A stretch of 61,240 nucleotides of DNA, the filler included, from Rhizaria sp. SCN 62-66 (lineage: Eukaryota), in assembly GCA_001724265.1 (NCBI GenBank). It is 4 parts of 4 records of this genome, joined end to end, with 100 filler letters (N's around TTAATTAATTAA, not from the genome) between each part and the next. Parts side by side here need not be neighbours in the genome. Positions count along the whole stretch, not along the records: positions 33,565 to 48,768 come from MEDY01000678.1; 3 more parts are not named here. One strand, written 5' to 3'. Under the pieces are notes generated by a model. The model saw only the letters and a program-made list of their open reading frames with translations, was not told the DNA's origin and made no database searches. A program made the translations under genes and the position numbers. Below are positions 33,465 to 45,608 of the stretch, piece by piece (the stretch's first letter is position 1; each line of letters opens with the position of its first letter).

Positions 33465-33564
33465 NNNNNNNNNNNNNNNNNNNNNNNNNNNNNNNNNNNN
33501 NNNNNNNNTTAATTAATTAANNNNNNNNNNNNNNNNNNNNNNNNNNNNNNNNNNNNNNNNNNNN
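33465..33564. other. Artificial contig linker N44-TTAATTAATTAA-N44
   Basis: Same 100-nt linker. Confidence 0.97.
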
Positions 33565-36242
33565 CCAAGTCCGCCGAGGACGCGGCCGGCGCAGAGGCAG
33601 CGGCAGCGGCGCTGGCGCCGCCGGCGCCGCTGGGGGCGTCGGCCGCGGCGAGCGCGGCGGCGGCGACGGCGGGCGCCGGCGGGGCCGCCTGCAGCACCAA
33701 CGGGTCGGCGACGGCGGCGCGCGCGGCGGCCAGCGCGCGCTGGTACTGCTGCTCGTCGGTGATGTTGTCAGGGCTACTGCTGCTGTTGCTGTTGTTGTTG
33801 TTGTTTTCGTTAGCGGCGACGAGGACCTGCTCAGTCATGGCGGCGATGTTGGCCGCCGCGGCGGTGACCTCCGCGCGCGCGCGATCGAGCCAGGCGCTGT
33901 TGACGACGTCGTCGACGCCGGCCTTGGCGCGCGCCTCAACGAAGGCCACCATGCCGTGCGGGCGGAAGGCGACGAGGCGCAGCGCGGCCACCAGCTCGCC
34001 CCAGCGCTCGCACAGCGCGGCGTGCGTGTCCTGCAGCCGCAGCAGCGAGCGCGACGTCAGCTCTGCCTCGGACTGGAACAGCGCCAGGTGCCGCACCACC
34101 GTCTTGGCCTCGGCAGAAGACGGCGGCTGCAGCGACACCGCGTCGGAGTCCGCGTCCGCCGCGCCCGCAGCGGCGGCAGCAGCGGCGGCGGCAGCATCGG
34201 CAGCGGCAGAGCCTGCATTGTGCGCGCCAGCGCCGCCAGTGCTGGGCGTGGGCAGGTGCGGCAGGTTGAGGGGGCGTGAGACGACGGCCGTGCCGCCAGT
34301 GGAGGCAGGCGCTCCGGCGCCGGCAGCAGCGCCAGCGCCCGCGGCGCCGGCGCCCGCGGAGCCCGCGGCGAGGGCGCCGGTGTGGGGCTTCGCGAAGTGC
34401 ACGGTGGCGCGCGGCGGGCGGGGGCCCTTGGGCAGCTGCGGGGGCGCGCCCGACAGCGAGGCGCGCAGCGGCTGCACGCCACCAGCGCTGCTGCTGGCGC
34501 TTTGGGCGGCTGCGGCGGCGGAGGTGGCGGAGACTGCGGCGGCATAGTTGGCCGCCGCAGACGCGTTGCCGCTGCCGCTGCCGCTGCCGCTGCCGTTGCC
34601 GTTGCTGCCGCTCTGGGACTGTGACTCCGAGAGCGCGGCGGGCGGTAGCAGGGGCAGCGCGCTGGCAGCGGCGGCGGCGGCGGCGGCGAGCGGCGCGACG
34701 GCCGTGGCGGGCGACAGCACGGGCGAGCCCAGCGACACGGCCGAGGGCGCCACGACGGGCCGCTCCGGCGGGGGCCCGAAGACGAAGTCGGGGTGCTCGA
34801 TCATCGTCTGCACGCAGGCCAGCGCGAACGGGTTGTCGTGCATCGAGCTCTGGACCTGCGGGGGGAAAGATGATTGCAGAACAAACATAGATATAAAAGA
34901 TAGATAAATAATTAAAAATAAAAATAAACAAAAGTATATTCTTAAATCGAGAGCATATATCTGGTGAGCGTACCGTCTCAACCTGCGGGCGGAGGAGGTT
35001 GGGCGCGAAGACGATGGCGAGGTTCTGCGCGGTCATCTTGTTGGTGGCGCTCTCTGCGGCGACGGCGGCCAGGTGAAGCACGAGGAACTGCAGGAAGCAG
35101 CGCGACTCGTGCGGCAGGCGGCCCGCGACGGAGCGCACGGCGGCGGCGCGCGCCATGGGGTCGGGCTGGCCGCCGAGCGCGGCGTTGGGTGCCGTGTTGC
35201 TGGTCTTGCCCGCGGCGATGAAGGCGTCGTAGAGCGTATGCGTCATCACGGGCTCGGGCAGCAGGCGCACGGCGAGCTTCAGCAGCGCGGCCAGCGCGTG
35301 CTCGTCGGCGCACTCGCGCAGGTCCGGGTACTCGGTCTTGTCCCAGCTCAGCTTGAGCGCGTCGACGACCGTCTTGTCGCCGGACACGCGGAACAGGCCC
35401 TGCATGGGTGCAACGCCGCGCCGGCGCAGCTCCAGCAGCACGGCGACGGCGATCGACTTGGCGCGCCGCACCGTAAAGGTCGCGACGGCGGCGCGGAAGT
35501 TCTCGAGCGCCTCGACCGACTCTGCGCGCAGCAGGAAGTCGCGCTTGGCGACGCCCGCCGCCGCGCCCAGCTCGAAATCGCGCGGCGAGAGGTCGGGGCG
35601 CGGGCGGATCACGCTGCCGCCCATCGGGATCGAGCCCTTGGCCTCGGTCGAAGAGGGGTCCTCCTGGTAGTAGAGCGTCGCGCCCTGGAACACGAACCAG
35701 CGCTTCTTGTACGAGGTCAGCGTGCCGCCGCCCTTCTTGTACAGGTAGCCCGTGTACAGCGCAGGGTCGTTGGGGTCGGAGCGCAGCGCGGAGCGGCGCG
35801 CAGCGTCGCCAACGTCGCCCTTGGGCACGAGCGTGATGTGTTCGAGCCGCTCCTCGCGCAACGCCTCGTCGATCAGCGGCTTGTCGCGGAACACCCACGA
35901 CACAGCCACCAGCTCCGCCACAGTCGAGTCGAAGGGGAAAAAGACCTCCGAGTTGGCGATTTGCGCCGTGTACTCGGCGTCCAGGTCGAGCCCAATGCCG
36001 CAGTCGGCCGCGCGGCGGTCGAAGCCGGTCTGGCCCTGGGACTTTGCGCGCGAGGCGAGGAAATCCAGCGCGACCTCGCGCAGCGGCGTCTGCGGGGGCG
36101 TCTCGAGCGTCACGGCGTGCGGGCCCAGCCGCACGCGCAGGCGGTACACGCCACCGTCGTAGGCCGCGGCCAGCGCGGCGGCCGCCACCGCAGCGGGGGA
36201 CTGCGCCGCGGGGTCCGTCTTGAGAGACAGGGAAGCGTCCAT
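33565..36242 (-). CDS. PH-domain RhoGAP (exons 36242-34974, 34855-<33565; 3' truncated)
   Basis: PH: TGYLYKKGGGTLTSYKKRWFVFQGATLYY...KGSIPM. RhoGAP: QGLFRVSG (Arg finger), ALLKLAVRLLPEPVM, NKMTAQNLAIVFAPNLLRP. Intron 34973-34856 (GTACGC...CAG) restores VQTMIEHPDFVF. Confidence 0.9.
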
Positions 36243-37108
36243 GGCGGCAGATGACAGTGCGTTTCACTCTTACACTCGGACAAGTGCTTGCGTTATGTGT
36301 GCTATGCGGTGCTTTGCTGAGTTATCGAGCTCAAGGGGCAGATAAAAGCACCGCCGGGGGCAACAGAAGCCTGAGGGAAGGGCAGGCACCGTGCGGAGCG
36401 GAAGCGGGGAGCGCGGGGGAAGGCGCGGAACGCGGGACGAGGGCTGGAGAACAGGAGCGCGTGTGGCGCGCGAGGCGGGCAGAAAAGGGGATTGTGAGCA
36501 CAATAAAAGAAAGGATAGTCAGAATTAGCAGAGGAAACATGGGTAGTGCTAAAATTAGGATGACACAGCGGACGTATTCGTCCAGCAGAGCCTGTGGTCG
36601 CGAGAAACAGGAATGTGGTGACGCGAGCGCAGCAGGGCCTGTCAGGGTGTCTCCTTGACCGGGACCTTTCGAAGGTCAGACAGTGTCATTAACGGAAATA
36701 GATAGCTGTAATATATAACTTCAATAGACAAAAGCGACAGGCAATTGCGAGACACTTGTCAATATCCACTATCAAGCTTCCACTGGACTTGATTGCGACT
36801 TGCTTTGCATGCACACGCCAAGCCTCCTCACCAGGCCCACAGCCCCAAAGAAACCGCACCGAGCTCCTTTGCTTTCTACCTCTGCAGCCCTCGATATAAC
36901 CCCCAGTTGTGCATAAACACAATGTTGCGCGTAACCTACGTTTGTTTCATAACTTTAACATTTGCTCTTATTTGCTTATAATAAGGATTCATGGTGATAT
37001 TAGTCATTTTGCGCAACATGCGGACCAAGCCAGCAGTCCGCTAGCTCACTATATTTATTTAAATTTTGTCCACAAAAACCAACAATTTTCGGGCATCCGA
37101 AAGTTAAA

Positions 37109-37181
37109 GCCGTCGTAACTCAGTCGGTAGAGTGTTCGGCTCTTAACCGATTAGCCGCGGGTTCGAGCCCCGCCGGTGGCT
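37109..37181 (+). tRNA. tRNA-Lys(CTT)
   Basis: Acceptor GCCGTCG/CGGTGGC, D-arm AACTCAGTCGGTAGAGT, anticodon arm TCGG-CTCTTAA-CCGA, T-loop GGTTCGAGCC, followed by an oligo-T Pol III terminator. Confidence 0.92.
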
Positions 37182-37689
37182 TTCTTTTTTTGCCCGTTCA
37201 TACCATGCACATCCCTTACTTTTCCGGTTCTTCTCTCTTATTTTGCTCCCCAGCGCTCTCACGGAATCACCCGCCGCCTCTGTAACGCGTTGCGCCGCAC
37301 CCCAGCGCACAACCAACAGAGAATCGTGAGCTTGCCACCACGACTGCAGTGTCGGTAGGTCCATCATAGTGGCAGGACCAACTTGATTTTTTGTTACCAC
37401 CGTGTTTGTGCCGTCCTGGTGATGTTAGATATGTGCTTATTTTCGCTCAACGACTCAGTCTCGAGCCACCAGTTGTTCAACAGTTGTTTTTGCGCCGCTT
37501 TCTGCGCGTGACCGAACTAGATGATGACGGATGGCGGAATTGGATGCGTTCGAGTTATGACTGTCCTGCGATGAAACCTCCGTCTTTCTAAATTTTGTTT
37601 GACAACCATAATTAATAACTCTTATTTTACACTTTCTCAAATTCGAATTTCTCGATTTGCTCATTCGTGCTCTGTAGAGCGATCGAAAG

Positions 37690-38025
37690 ATGTTCGATGC
37701 GACGGCCTCCGCCAAGCGCAGCCCCAACATCCTGCAGCGCGGCTCCGTGGTCGGGCTGCTGTCTTTCCTGCTGCTGATCGCCTTCACCATGTTTGCGCTG
37801 CGCTCTAACGGCTTCACGCCGACGCAGAAGAGCCCCATGGAGGCGCTGCTGTCGGGCGCTGGCAGCAAGCTCGGCGCTGCCGCCACCGGCGCTAGCGCTG
37901 GCAACACGGCTGCAGCCTCCGCCTCCGCCGCCGCCGCCGCTGCCGCCGCGGGCAACACCGCCACGGCCGCCGACGGCTCCGGCGCCGCCGCTGGCGCCTT
38001 CACCCCCGGCATGCCCAACGTCTGA
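37690..38025 (+). CDS. Small single-pass membrane protein of unknown function (111 aa)
   Basis: ATG ORF with genome-typical codon bias. One hydrophobic segment VVGLLSFLLLIAFTMFAL and an Ala/Gly-rich tail. Ends TGA. Confidence 0.6.
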   Translation: MFDATASAKRSPNILQRGSVVGLLSFLLLIAFTMFALRSNGFTPTQKSPMEALLSGAGSKLGAAATGASAGNTAAASASAAAAAAAAGNTATAADGSGAAAGAFTPGMPNV

Positions 38026-38609
38026 GTCTGAGAAGTGAATCGGACGCACAGCAACAAGTACGCTCGCTGATGTGTCGCGGCTATCTGCTCAGGGTCACGA
38101 CTGCTGCGTTTTGGCAAACTCCTGTATTTGACGCTAGCAGCGCAACAAAGCACTTTTCCCACACTTGACTCGACGCTGAGCTCTGCGAAGCACCACAAAC
38201 ACTGAATACATTAGACACCATTTTGACACTCCGAAGTATGCTTCTCACTCATGCTTAAATCACGCATATGTGTATTAAAACACTTCAAATAAACACAAAT
38301 TAATTTAATTCACAACAAAACACTGAAAATATAGTTGGTGCCGGGTAAGTGAGGTCCCTCACCGTCTTGGAGCAGGCGAAGGTTACGAATGCCATTAACA
38401 GTGCAAAAAGTTGTTTTTGTTGGTCTGTTTTTGTTGGTCTGTTTTTGTTTGTGAGTGGTGTTTAGACAGCCTCACTATATCTTAAAGCAGCCCCCGTAAT
38501 CACGCAAACACTCGTATTTACGTCCGTACATATGTACACAGATAACTCTTACAAGCACAAGAAGACATTTCTCTTATCTCTTGCACTATACAGCCCATCA
38601 CTTACTATT

Positions 38610-41600
38610 TCACTCGCTCTTCGCAGCGTCAGCGCCCTTGGCGTCGGCGCCCTTAGCCTCGACGCCGGCCTTGGAGGAGAGGTAGGAGATGACGACCTGC
38701 TGCAGCAGCAGGAGGTCGTCAACCATGAGCGTGCCCACGTCGTTGCGCTTGCCGATGCTCACTAGCTGCGGGTTATCGTCCATGCCCTTAAGCTGCGTCA
38801 GCGGCACGGCGACGCTGTAGCGCCGGTCGGCCGCGGCGGGGGCGCCAGCGACGGCGCGCAGCGTCATGGTCGCGGCGTCGAAGTCGAGCCGCGAGTCGGT
38901 CTGGAGGAAGCCGCCGCGGCCGACGTGGTGGGCGTACACATACTGCAGCACCGCCTCAATCTCGCGCCCCGTCGCCCAAATCAAGCAGACCTGGGCAGAC
39001 CAAAGGGACAAGCAGGCAAGGAAGAGAAGAAAAGAAAAGGCAGAGAGTGAGAGCTTGAGAGGAGTGATTACACATGAACAAGAATCAACAAAACAAAACA
39101 TAAAACAATTAAATGACATCAGAACCAAATATAACATAGATAAATATTTTTTTGTGCTTCTGCAATAACTGGACAGGTGCGTACCTGGTTGTCGCTGAAA
39201 GGGAGCTCGGACATGACGTCGATGAACTTGACCTCCCCGTTAGCGTAGTCCCTGTTGCCGCGCACCTTGCCGGCGGGCAGCAGCACTGCCTCGACGGCCA
39301 GCGCGGCCGCCAGGCAGTCGGCCAGGAAGCGCGCCATGCTGTTGGGCCCGTCGCGGACGTTGCGCGAGGACAGCGGCGGCGCGCCCTCTGGCACGCGATA
39401 CAGCACCTGCGAGCCCGCCGCCTCGATGATGGCGCGGCCCTCGGCCACCAGCGCCGTCAGCGGCGCGTGCTGTGCCAGCGTGGGGAAGAGCGCCATGATG
39501 TCGGCGACCTGCGTCGTCGTCGTCGTCACGAACTGCGAGTGCGGGTGCCTGCGCCGCACCGGCCGGGGCATCTTGCGCAGCACGCTCGCCGTGTGCGAGA
39601 CGGCCACGGCCTTGTCGTCCACCAGCACGTTGCGCGCGCGCACCGTGCGGCACGCGTGCGCGCCGTCGCAACCCTGGCCCAGCGCCGCCAGTGGGCAGCC
39701 TTCGACCGCGCACAGCGCCGAGCACGCGCCCGCGCCAGAGACCATCGCCGTCGCCGCGTCGACCGCGCCCACGGGCGGCGTCAGGCCGGCGGCCGCGGCG
39801 GCCTCGGCGGCGGCGGCCGTAGCGGCGGGGCCCGCGGTGTAGGCGCCGGCAACCAGCGACGCGCTGCGCTGTAGTAGCGACGGCGGCGCCAGAGTCTGCC
39901 CACTCGCACCTGAGGCGGCGGCGGCGGCTGCGGCGGCGGCGGCGGCATGTTCGGCGGCGACGACGATGGCGGGGCGGAAGTCGACGATGTTGACGAGGCA
40001 GTAGATGGCGTCGGAGCCGGCCTTGCAGAGGCGCACAGGCGGTGTCGGCGCCAGCGCCACGGGATCCGCCACGCGCCGCACCGCGCGCGGGCCCTTGGCC
40101 AGACACGCGCGGCACTGCACCACGCCCGTCCCGTTACCGTTGCCGTTGGAGCCGGGGGACTGCTGGGCAACGGCGGGCTCAGCGCCGGCCTGCGCGGTGG
40201 CGGCACCGGCGGCACCGGCGGCGGTGGCCGGGGACGCGTGCGCGGGCGCCGCGGGGGAGGTCGCCGCGGAGGCCGAGGGCGCGGGTGAGGGCTGGCGGCT
40301 GAGTGCGCAACCGCTGTCATGCTCGGCCGCGTGGTCGTTGTCCTCCTCGTCGTCGTCCTCGTCGTCGTCCTCGTCGTCAGCAGCCCGGGGGTTGGAGTTG
40401 CGTGAGCCGGCCGACGCCGAGTCAGAGGGCGCGGGCGAGAGGCGGATGTCGATGCTCGTCACGGCGCCCTGGGTGACGTCCACCACCGCCGCAGCCGCGG
40501 CAGCCGCGGCCGCGGCGCCGCCATTCTTCGCGTTGAGCGAAAGCGCGCCGAGACCGGACTCAGCCTCAGCAGCGGCAGCGGCAGCGGCAGCGGCAGCGGC
40601 AGCGGCAGCGGCCTCGGCGGCGGCGGCGGCCTCGGCCCTGGCCTCTGCGTCGCGCGCGGCCTGGCGCGAGGACGCGGCGACGACGGCGGGCGCCTCCTCG
40701 GGCGCGCGCGGCAGCGAGAGCGACCGCAGCAGCACGGCCGAGGTCTCGCTCACCGTCGCGCCCGCGCTCGACACGGAGCTGGAGCTGGAGCTGCGGCTCA
40801 AAGAGTCGCCCCCGTCCGCCGCCGTCACGTACGGCGCGGGCGCCGCCGCGATCGAGGCGCCGGCGGAGGGCAGCGGCGCGAGCAGCGTGATCGTCGAGGC
40901 TGTGTTGCCAGCGGCGGAGGCAGCAGCAGAGTCGGCGGCAGCGGCAGTGGAGACGGCGGCAGCGGCAGTGGAGACGGCGGCAACCTTCTCAGTCCCTGCA
41001 GCTGCAGGGGGGGCGCCGGACACGACGGTGTTGCTTTTGGCGGCCTCGGCGACGGCGGCGGCGAGGATAGGCGGGTACGAGCCATCATTGGCGACGACCG
41101 TCTCGCAGTAGAGGTCGTGCTCGTGGCCGCCCAGCACGAGGTTCAGCGCGGGGCACGCGGCCGCCAGCGCGCGGTCGCGCGGCATGAACTGGTGCGTCAG
41201 CGCGATCAGGTAGTCGGGCAGCGGCGCCGACTTGCCGCCGGAGGGGGTCGCGCCGCCCCGAGACGAGAGCGTCGTAGGGGCGTTGGACGCGGCGTCGGCG
41301 GTGTCAGCGGGGCTGGGCGTGGTGACGTAGGAGCCGCGGAGCGCGTCGTCGATGTCGGCGAGCGCCTTGGGCAGCACGGGATCCATGCGCAGCGGCAGCG
41401 GCTTGCCTTCGCCAGCGCAGATCCGCATGTTCTCCTCCGTCTCCTCGGTGAGGTAGCCAAACAGCGCGACCACGGCGCCGTTGCCCAGCGTCTCAAAGCG
41501 GTGCGGCACGCACTGCGCGCGCACGCCCTGCGTTTCGGGCGCCAGGAAGTGCACGTTGGAGTTGAGCAGGTGCGGCTGGAAGGCGTTGAAGCGCTCCGTC

Positions 41601-41974
41601 AGCGCCGGCCACTCGATGTCGAACTCGTGGTTGCCGAAGCACGCGTGCGTGACGCCCAGCTCGTTGAGGCACTTGACCATCGTGGCGCCCTTGTCGAAGA
41701 GCGCGAGCGTCGAAGGCGAGAGGAAGTCGCCGTTGCAGGTAATGATCACATCGTCGGCCTGCGCAGCCACGCGGTGCTCGTCCATGAACGTCTTGAGCGC
41801 GGGCAGCAGGTCCAGCTCGTACACGTCGTTGATCGTGTAGATCACCAGCCGGTGCGACAGCGGGTTCTTCGCCGGGAGCTGCAGCTCAGGGCGCTCGTGC
41901 CAGGGCAGCGGCGCAGCACGCTTGCTGCCAGAAGATGAAACGGGGGCACCCGCGACAGCAGTGGGCTGAGACAT
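38610..41974 (-). CDS. 5'-nucleotidase/apyrase-family metallophosphoesterase (exons 41974-39185, 38990-38610)
   Basis: YTINDVYEL, NGDFLSPS, FGNHEFD, ALTHQ and LVLGGHEHD. C-domain SSRNVRDGPNSMARFLAD, AGKVRGNRDY, ELPFSDN, GGFLQ. Intron 39184-38991 (GTACGC...CAG) is in frame. Ends TGA. Confidence 0.88.
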
Positions 41975-42534
41975 GCTGTAGCGTTACAGGTGATGCTTTG
42001 GCGTACAAAAGACGTGCGCGAAAGCGTTCAACGGCGATGTGAGGACGTTAAAGGCGCAGCTCTTGTTCACCAACACGAAAGATTGGTGGGCCTCTGCTGT
42101 CATTCGCCACGGGAGTGGGTGCGAAGATCAGATCGGACAATATATCAACGAGAAGACAGGGTCAGATAAGGGTGCGGGCAAGTTGAAGGTGTTATGCGGC
42201 ACCAGTACATAAAAAGTCGTCGCAGCAGACAGATATCGTGAAGCCAAACGGCTTTATCATCGTCCAAAATCATGACGCGAGATCGACTGGAGGTCGAAGC
42301 ACGAGGCAATTTAAAAACACCAACTTGAACCCCTGTTCAAGGTTTGAAACAGCATTTAAAAGAAAAATGAAAACTTTGCGTGCGTTTGGCACCGAAAATA
42401 ACATCTAATCACAGTCCTGCGATGCCTTTGCTGAGATATTTAGGTCGAATCTTACCTCCTCGGCATTCGTGACCTTGTTCGAAAACAATCCCTCTGAGCA
42501 CGGAACAAAATATACCCAAATGGCCTAGATGGTA

Positions 42535-42980
42535 TTCTTTGATAAATTAAATAATTTAATAAATATTATAAAAATATAATAAACTGATTTAAATATTTTT
42601 AAGTAGGAAATTAACTAATTATCCAAATAAGCATTTTGAAAACATTTGTACGAAATAATAATAATGAAACAATTTTTTATGAATATTTTATAACAAGAAA
42701 ATTAAATATTTTATGATAGAATTAGCTTTTTTACCCCAATCAACCTGAAAGGTATTTACTCAATTCATACAAATACCTGGCTTTCTTTAATTATAAATAT
42801 AAACAAAAAGATCAATAATTATTTCAAAACTCTTTAATTATTATTAATGCTTATGAATTATAAAAAGTAGCGGTTGTTTTTAAATTCATGTGTTTCTTTA
42901 TTAATATAATAAAAACATTTTATTATATTAATAAACTATTATTTACAAGCTAAGTTTTTAATTTAACTCTATTCTATAGA
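42535..42980. other. Very AT-rich island with an 18-bp-arm hairpin at 42897-42935
   Basis: Almost G/C-free stretch in a GC-rich contig. Contains TTTATTAATATAATAAAA-ACA-TTTTATTATATTAATAAA. Confidence 0.75.
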
Positions 42981-43757
42981 GCTTATCAGTTTTGGGCAGG
43001 ATGCGTCAAACACAGTGTCCGAGGAAGATACAATTTGTCTGTTAAGTTTGTCTATTTGTCTATCAGGTTATGCTATTCTTGAGCATGCACTCCCACGTCG
43101 TCTTCCCGCAGGACGACGCAGGCCGCGGCGTGACTCCGCGGATGGTCATGATGCGGGACCTCCGGTACTAGAAGAGTATCAACGACGTTGAGTACCTAGC
43201 ATTCTGAACGGTCGCCGTGTCGCCAGCGCCGAAAATGATCACCCCAGGGGTGGGCATCAAAACATATTTTGCCAACTGCGTCATGGCGTGGCGTGATAAT
43301 ATTTAATATTACAAGGACAGCTGTATAATACCATGTCTAATATTAGTACTAGTAACACCAACGTCCGACTGAGTGCGCACTCAAAGCAATTCGACAGTTG
43401 CAGACTGCGCGCATATGCGGTCGATGGCGGCCATGAGAGTGTTGCCGGAACGCAGCCACGTCTCCATGAGCGCCATCTTAAATTAATATCGACACGGGCG
43501 GCGTCTGTGATTTTGAGCATGAATGTGAGACGTGTTGTCAGGTCAGTGCGCGGCCCTACAGCACCTTTTTGCTCCCCGGATCTCGTTGATACCGTTTAGT
43601 TGCTCGTTACTTACTGATATGCACGTCACTTTAATAATGACTTGCTTTAAAATGAAACTTGCATTCAGTATGCAGCTAGTCTTTAACTATAAAATTTTGC
43701 CGGATAATCACGAAATCCTCAGAATTTGCAAGACTTTGAAGATTCTTAAGGATATGT

Positions 43758-43838
43758 GGTGTCGTAACAAAGTGGTTACTGTGGAAGACTAGAAATCTTC
43801 TGCCTTCGGGCGCGTGAGTTCGAATCTCATCGACATCG
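43758..43838 (+). tRNA. tRNA-Ser(AGA)
   Basis: Acceptor GGTGTCG/CGACATC with G discriminator. Anticodon arm GAAGA-CTAGAAA-TCTTC. Long variable arm GCC-TTCG-GGC, T-loop GTTCGAATC and a downstream T-run. Confidence 0.92.
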
Positions 43839-44082
43839 TTCTTTTTTTTTTTTGCTTGCCCGACCGCGCGCTCAGCCTTAGCCCGCCCGCGAAGGCCCAA
43901 CATCAATTCTTTTTTGCTTCTCACAACGCCTCAGGTCTTGACCAAAGTATGCACAAGCGTCACAATCAACAACTGCTCATATGTATTCATTCTAGGTATT
44001 CATGTTGTAAGTGTTCTCCGCAATACTGTCACTCTAACTACTAGTATCACATCGGTGTCCAGTCGCGCACTCAGTTTGGTCT

Positions 44083-45346
44083 TTACTGCTGCGCCTCTGC
44101 CTCGGTGGAGGCGTGCGACTGAAGAATGAGCCCCGCAATGGCCTCCGCGACGCTTCCGCCGTCACTGCCCCCCTCGCTCTGCCGCCCCCGCACCGCATTC
44201 TGGCCGTCACCATTCTTGTTATAGCTGTCTTGGTCGTCGCCGTGCGAGGTGGGCAGCGCGAGCAGCTCGCGCACGCGCCGCAGCACCCCCGCCGTCTCCG
44301 GGCTTGCGGGCCTGGCAACAGCGGCGGCGGCGGCAGAAGCGGCGCCGTCGCCGTCGCCGCGGCCGCCGCCGCCGCCGCGGCCGCTGCGCACGGTCACGCG
44401 CAGCCCGCTCTCGTCATCATCATAATCGCCGCCGTCGCCGTCGCCGTCGCCGTGGTCACCGCCAAGGTTGACAGCCTCAGCGTCGACATCAGCCTCAGCG
44501 TCGGCCGCCGTGTCGGCGTCCGCAGCCGCGAGCAGCGCCGCCGCGTCCGCGTCCCCCGCGGCCTCCGCCGCCGCCCCAGCCTCCTCCGCATCCACATCTC
44601 CAGCGCCCGCGCCAGCGGACCTTGCGGCTGAGGCGGAGCCCGCGAGCAACGCGTCTGCGTCGGCGCCGGTGCGCGCCTGCAGCGCCTCCCAGCGCGCGAC
44701 GCCGGCGCGGTAGCGCGCCGTCGGCAGGTGCGCCGACAGAGTCAGCTCCAGCTCATGCTGCTCGCTCGCAGCAGCCACAGCGGCAGCAGCGGCAGCGGCG
44801 TCAGCGGTGTCGAAGTGAATAGTGTCGGCGTCGGCGTTGTAAGCGGGAGCAGCGGCGTCGCTCTGAGACGTCCGAGCACTTGCACGCCTGGCGTTAAGAT
44901 GATCGTTATCGATGTGATTGTTGTTGTAAGAGCGCGCAGTGGGAGCCCCAGGACTGTTGGCCGCAGACTCAGTCACGGCCTCCGCGTCCGCGTCCGCGTC
45001 CTCAGCCTCGGCCACGGCACCCAGATTCGCGCCAGCGCCAGTGTTCGAGCTCGAGCTCGCAGCAGCGACGCCGCTCGCGGTGGCCGCCGCAGGGGCCGCA
45101 GTTGCCGAGAGTGGAAACGGAAGCATGAGCAGCTTGCTGAGAGAGCCACGGGCGCCGACACCGCCGGCGACGACCGCGGCGGCCGCGGCGGCCACAGCGG
45201 CGGCGTCCGCGCGCGCTGCCGGCGGCGCCGCCGGCGACGACAGCAGCGGCGGCAGCGACGGCGTCGCAGCGGGCGCCGCGGCCGCCAGCGCGAGGCTGGA
45301 GCTCATGTGCGCGATGTCCCGCGCCACAGCGCTACTGCTGCTCGTC

Positions 45347-45390
<44 letters not shown>

Positions 45391-45576
45391 GCTGGCGCGA
45401 GTGCTCGCAGCGGCGACTGGAGCGGCGACGGGAGCGATGGGACTGGGCTGGGGGCTCATGAGAGCAGGCATAGCTACCGTTGCAGCAGAAACAGACACAG
45501 CTACAGCTACAGAAGGGCTAGAGCCGGCGCCAGCTCCAGCACCAGCGCCAGTCGAGGCAGGCCCAGCGCCGCGCTG

Positions 45577-45608
<32 letters not shown>

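Noticed and set aside
37109-37181. tRNA(CTT) one base from CTA, with a T discriminator
   Set aside because: The anticodon is unambiguously CTT (Lys). Nothing in the sequence supports editing to CTA.
43784-43800. CTA inside the tRNA anticodon loop (CTAGAAA) as a possible amber-decoding tRNA
   Set aside because: The stem GAAGA/TCTTC centres the anticodon on AGA. The long variable arm and G73 fit tRNA-Ser. No CUA-anticodon tRNA is present in this window.
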